Assembly (NCBI GenBank): GCA_043228905.1
Contig: JBHGNT010000965.1
Coordinates: 1-13,305, forward strand
Direction: 5' to 3'
Length of the DNA: 13,305 nucleotides
Origin: Azolla caroliniana
Taxonomy: Eukaryota; Plantae; Polypodiophyta
The notes beneath the pieces are model-generated. The model had not been told where the DNA came from. It did not search any database and worked only from the letters and a program-made list of their open reading frames with translations. Below are positions 8,620 to 13,305 of the stretch, piece by piece (within the stretch, counting starts at the first letter, position 1; each line of letters opens with the position of its first letter). The position numbers and the translations under genes were made by a program.

Positions 8620-8965
8620 GAGCCGAAAGACAACAATTCGCCTTCTGAATCCAACAATGGTCGTCCTTTCACTTCATTGAATCAGAGGGCCTCCACATAA
8701 GATGAAACTATTGAGTTCCTTTTGGGGTTTGTATATAACATTCACAAATGTAAAATTGTATAACTAATGGAAAGAGTTTTGCAATAGCATCATGGGCAGA
8801 TCCGATGGAGCCGAAAGACAACAATTCGCTTTCATCCAACAATGGTCGTCGCCTCACTTTATTGAATCAGAGGGCCTCCACATAAGATAGAACTATTGAG
8901 TTCCTCTAGGGTTTGTATATAACATTCACATATGTAAAATTGTATAACTAATTCAAAGAGTTTTG
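8620..8965 (+). repeat. ~160-bp direct repeat (start-to-start offset 188 bp)
   Basis: 8620-8781 versus 8808-8965, GAGCCGAAAGACAACAATTCGC...AAAGAGTTTTG, with small indels and a 26-bp spacer. Confidence 0.95.
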
Positions 8966-9143
8966 TTTTTGGAAAAAAGAAAAGAAAAGAAATTGATCTC
9001 ATGATAGTTTCAAGTCAATGTGGGTATTAGGAAAGTTCTAGCCATTACACCACACTTTCAGTTATAAAAAATCTACACATGTTGATGGCATTTTTCTTTG
9101 AAATTAGCCCTAATATATGAAAATTAAGATAAAATAAAGTCAG

Positions 9144-12100
9144 ATGGCTAAGCATTATTTGTGGAGTTATGATTTTTCAATGGAAGAATGGAAAAGAATC
9201 TTAATATTGTTGGTCGAAACCCCTAGCTCCATAGAAATCAAGGCGCACAAATACTTTAACAACTTGCCAATCACCTCGAGTGGGGATAAGTGGATGTCGA
9301 TGTGGATGAATGATGGAATGAAATGTGGGAGTTTCAACGATGCTTGCATTAAAAAGCAGCTACTACTATGCCTAGACGACAGGGTAGATTCCCTCAATGA
9401 GGTGTTACACTTCCATGAGGAGGAACTGGAAGAAGATACAAGGCAAGATGTGGTGTTAGGATGGGAGAGGATTAATAAGGGAGGTTGGGCATGGACTCAG
9501 GGGAGGTACTATGTCCTTTTGGGAGACTTCAAAATTGATGTCATGAAATTAATCACGTGAAACATACAAGATCTTTGTGGAAGCAAATGCATGATGGAAA
9601 GGAAGAACTTCTGTTAGGAGTTCAAATCCCCATGCTTTAAGGGGATCCCGGACATTTTGCTCTTGCAAGAGCATCATTTGAGTGTGAACAGAATCTTGAG
9701 TATTGGCAATCCTCTTGAGGGGGATTGACATACTTTTTCACCCCAGCTCAGGGTGAGCATGGTAGAAAAGGAGGTGTTTATACATCTATTAGGAACAATA
9801 CGGATATTGTTGTTGTGGGTCAAGACACCATAGTGGAGGGACGTGTTGTTTATGTGACTGTCCGATGGCAACAATGTATAGTCGGGATAATAAATGTGTA
9901 TGCACCCAATTCGTCAGCGTTGCGGGCCCTTTTTTGGAGGCAATTAGCCGATGGCTTGCCATTTGCAGATGCGTGGATCCTTGCCGGGGATTTTAACATG
10001 ACTTTGCACACAAAGGACAAGGTGGGTGACACACATATGGTGGTCCAGGGGTCAGAGTTAGTTGCATGGTATTTGTTGATGGGCCGATTAGGAGCGAACG
10101 ATGCTTGGTATGTACTAAAAAAACATCGGAGTTCACTATGTTTTTCAAGAGTAGGTTGCAATATAAATGGCTTTTGCATGTCTCGTATAGACAGAATATA
10201 CATAAGCTCGGAATTGGAAAAATATGGTAACAATGTTGAAATCATCACCGGTTCAACTTACCTTGATCATATGCCGGTTAAGATTATGTTAATCAACCAG
10301 AGGAGGCCAGAAAGGGACTACAACCTGAGGTGGGAAGGAAGATAAGGAGCATATGGGCAAGTAATTGAATTGGTTGTGGTGCACTTGATAAACTTAGAGG
10401 GAAGCTTATTGAAACTTCAATGTATTTGCACACGAAGACTAAAAATAGAATTGTGAGGTCTAAAGAAAGAGAAGTGGGATTAAGAAGATCGATAACAGCT
10501 ACCCAAAGAATGTTTCAGAAAGATCCCACGTGACACTAGTCTAAAGCAGGTCTTGAGGCTGCTAGAGAAATGCTACAATGGTTGATTGTGTCTAGAAACA
10601 TGATGTTATTTAGGAGTTCAACGACATGGTGGAGCAAGAATGGGGATAAGGTAAATCAACAAATTTTTAAGTATAAAAAACCGAGATCAAACTGTAGCCA
10701 TGATCCTAAGCTGATTGTGGATGGATCAGTGTTAGAGGATGTATCGGAGATCATGGAGGTAGTCACAACTCACTATCGTGGGCTACTCTTGTACAGTTAT
10801 AGTATCCCCGAACAACCTAATTTGATAAAACTTGTATTGTAGGGAATGCAACAAAGAGTTTCAAAGGTTGCATAAGTTAATCTGTCAAGGCCACTCTTGG
10901 AAGAGGAGGTGTCAGATGCTTTGGCGGTTATATGTAGAACATCTTGTCCAGGCATCGACGGATTATCAAGAGATTTTTTTGAAATTTTTTGGGAAGTGAT
11001 TAACGTTGACTTGGTTGATGGTCTTAATGAGGCATGGGATGTTGGATGCTTACCTGAGCATTTTATAGAGGGGCTAATATTTCTAATTCCTAAGGTACAT
11101 GGTCTAATAGCTTATGCAAGGAAATGAAGACCAATTACGTTGCTCAACACAATCTATAAGATTTTTGCTAATATTCTGGCCAAGAGGGTCAAACCCTACT
11201 TGCATGCATTAATTAATGTTGGACAAACAGGATTCATGGAAAACATATGCATAATTGAAAATGTGTTGACCTTTTGGGAGGTGATTGCCTTGGCAAAGAA
11301 AACCAATCAACATATTGCATGTCTCATGCTTGACTTCGAGAAGGCGTATGGCAGAGTACAATTGCCTTTTTTAGATAACGTGATGGAGAGGTTGGGACTA
11401 CCTTCAAAATGGAGATCGACTGCGCTAACCCTTTTCGAAGGAAGTTTGAGTAGGGTGCCGGTGTCAAGGCATCGGGGCCCACCAATTCCATTATGCAAGT
11501 TTGTCAGGCAAGGGTGCCCGTTGGCCCCCTACCTTTATTTATTTATTGCAAAGGCATTCTCTTTCTTTTTAAATAGACCGGATGCAAGAATAAGGGGATT
11601 AGTTGTCCCACATGCGAGCAAGGAGTTGTTGGACTCAGCATATGCAGATGACACTATGCTCTATCTACAAGGCAATGACGATAATTTACAGCATGTTGAA
11701 AGATGGATTGAGTTGTTTCGTAAAGCATCAAGAGGGAAAATCAATTGGAACAAAAGCAGAGGATTTTGGGTAAGTCCAAACCCATGGCCTCTTTGGTGCC
11801 CTAATGCTGATTTTCAATGGGTCCACAATGGAATGACTGTTAAATATTTGGGTTTTTTGGTGGGAGTTGAGACACCTAAAAACCAGCAACTTGAGCAAGT
11901 GAAAGACAAAATCAGAAAAAAGCTTTGGTTATGGGCATTGGTAAAACTTTCTCTTGCAGGTAGGGTGGTCATGGTAAGCCACATTTTGTTAGCCACCATG
12001 TGGCACTCGGTGGCATGTTGGATGTTAGACAAAGCTTGCATCAAAAACATTAAGGCAATGGTGAGAGGGTTCCTATGGTCGGGTAGAGACCATGAGACGA

Positions 12101-13305
12101 CATCAGCTAAAGTGGCGTGGAATTGTTTGATCAAGGCGAAAAACCAGGGTGGAGTTGGGTTGGTGGATCCAGTTCACCAAAGTAAGACTTTACTCGGTAA
12201 GTTACTGGTGCAAAGTTTACAACCTGGACCTGAATTGTGGAAGATGCTTCTTAGGGATAGAGCTGACCTTTGGTGTCCAAGGAATGGGGGCCCTTGGAAG
12301 GCAAAGATGTAGTGGTTGTTCAGTCCAGATCTAAAGTTGAAAGAACCGGCTAGCATGGAGGACAGGGTGGTCCGTGCCATAATGATGGCCTGGTCAAGTG
12401 TAAGAGAAGGGTTGGTCTTAATGCAACCAAAAACGTTGGAGGAACAACTCTAAAAACCGTTGTTTTGGAACTCCTAGATTAGAAGCGAAGACGGTATGAT
12501 GCTTGGACAGAAAAAATGAGTATCGTTTGTGGGGAAACCTAAGTGCTTTGTCCGACAATGGCCGGAGGGCAGTGCGGGTGGCAGTGTTGGAAGGTAAGAA
12601 GTGGCAAGTGAACCCGGACCTAGGGAAGTTGGATAATGATCGTAAACTATGGCTATTTGACAAAAAGACCCTATGTGATTTGGAGTGGAATCCATTAGAG
12701 GTATGGTGGCAGAAAACCGGGAATGAACAAACTGGAGGGTGTTTTTTAGTATAGTACTAAGCTAGGAAAGCAAATCATTGGCTCCAAATCAGTGGGCGTT
12801 GCTCAGACTCGCAATAGTTGGAGGGATAAAGGCATATCATATGACTTGTTGAAGTCGTTTTGGAGGAGACAATGGGCGTTCGATATGCGTGAAAAAATGA
12901 AGGTTTGGTTTTGGCTTCTTAGCATAAGGCGATACCCATAGGGGAGTGGATGAGGTGTCGTGGTGGGGAGGTTGGTTGTAAGTTATGTGAACACTCTTTG
13001 GAATCGAGACCTCACTATTTTTGGAATTGTGCAGAGGCGATCAACATTTGGGGTAGAAGTCTCAGGATAGTGGCAACATGCAGTGTGAATGGGAGAGTTG
13101 TGTGGGGGTCCTTACAAGGTTTGAAGCTAACAGGGGAAGGTTGAGCGGAATAGCCAAACCCACATGGTCATGGATTTATAGTGTAGGGTGGCAGTGTATT
13201 CCAATGTGTTGGAGTGAAACCTAACACAAACTCTGGTTTTTTTGAGGAGATATCGATGTTGGTAGCATGCTTCTCGATCTGGCACATTTGGACCATATGA
13301 TGTTT
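9144..13305 (+). mobile_element. Degenerate non-LTR retrotransposon (LINE, L1/Tx1-like clade); 3' end lies beyond the window and the 5' boundary is approximate
   Basis: Collinear APE endonuclease, RT and CCHC motifs over about 3.8 kb, broken by stops and frameshifts. Composition shifts from AT-rich to G-rich near 9140. Confidence 0.93.
9543..13305 (+). pseudogene. LINE ORF2 pseudogene (APE endonuclease + reverse transcriptase + zinc ribbon)
   Basis: APE motifs: MKLIT*NIQ (ITWN), DILLLQEHH, INVYAP, AGDFN, SRIDRIY, DHMPV. RT motifs: CPGIDGL, *RPITLLNTIYKI, QTGF, LDFEKAYGRV, RQGCPLAP (11506-11529), YADD (11641-11652), KYLG, GGVGL. C-x2-C-x8-H-x4-C at 12977-13030 and IWHIW at the window end. Several in-frame stops and at least three frame changes. 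Confidence 0.95.

Noticed and set aside
6824-8965. CRISPR-like or LTR interpretation of the direct repeats
   Set aside because: Each repeat has only two adjacent copies with no unique-spacer array and no TG..CA-bounded pair around an internal domain, and the context is eukaryotic.
9850-12695. Minus-strand ORFs over the LINE
   Set aside because: Antisense shadows of ORF2 coding sequence.

Overview
AT-rich eukaryotic genomic DNA, most likely from a land plant (spliceosomal introns, plastid transit peptide, plant-type LINE). The main content is a complete 9-exon + strand gene (CDS 1675-5308, 786 nt spliced, 261 aa) that the ORF track misses. It encodes a plastid BADC (biotin attachment domain-containing, non-biotinylated BCCP-like) protein, a regulator or subunit of heteromeric acetyl-CoA carboxylase. 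The right third (about 9144-13305, running off the window) is a decayed L1-clade LINE with APE endonuclease, RT and C-terminal CCHC regions, preceded by an unexplained in-frame 133-codon extension. Upstream of BADC lie a minus-strand LINE 3' remnant, a ~290-bp TIR-bounded, hairpin-rich MITE-like element and a compound TACATTA/TACATA repeat. Several tandem duplications occur in introns and downstream, one of which copies a 3' splice site. I see no firm evidence of a wholly new biological system; the leads are modest and marked as inference.
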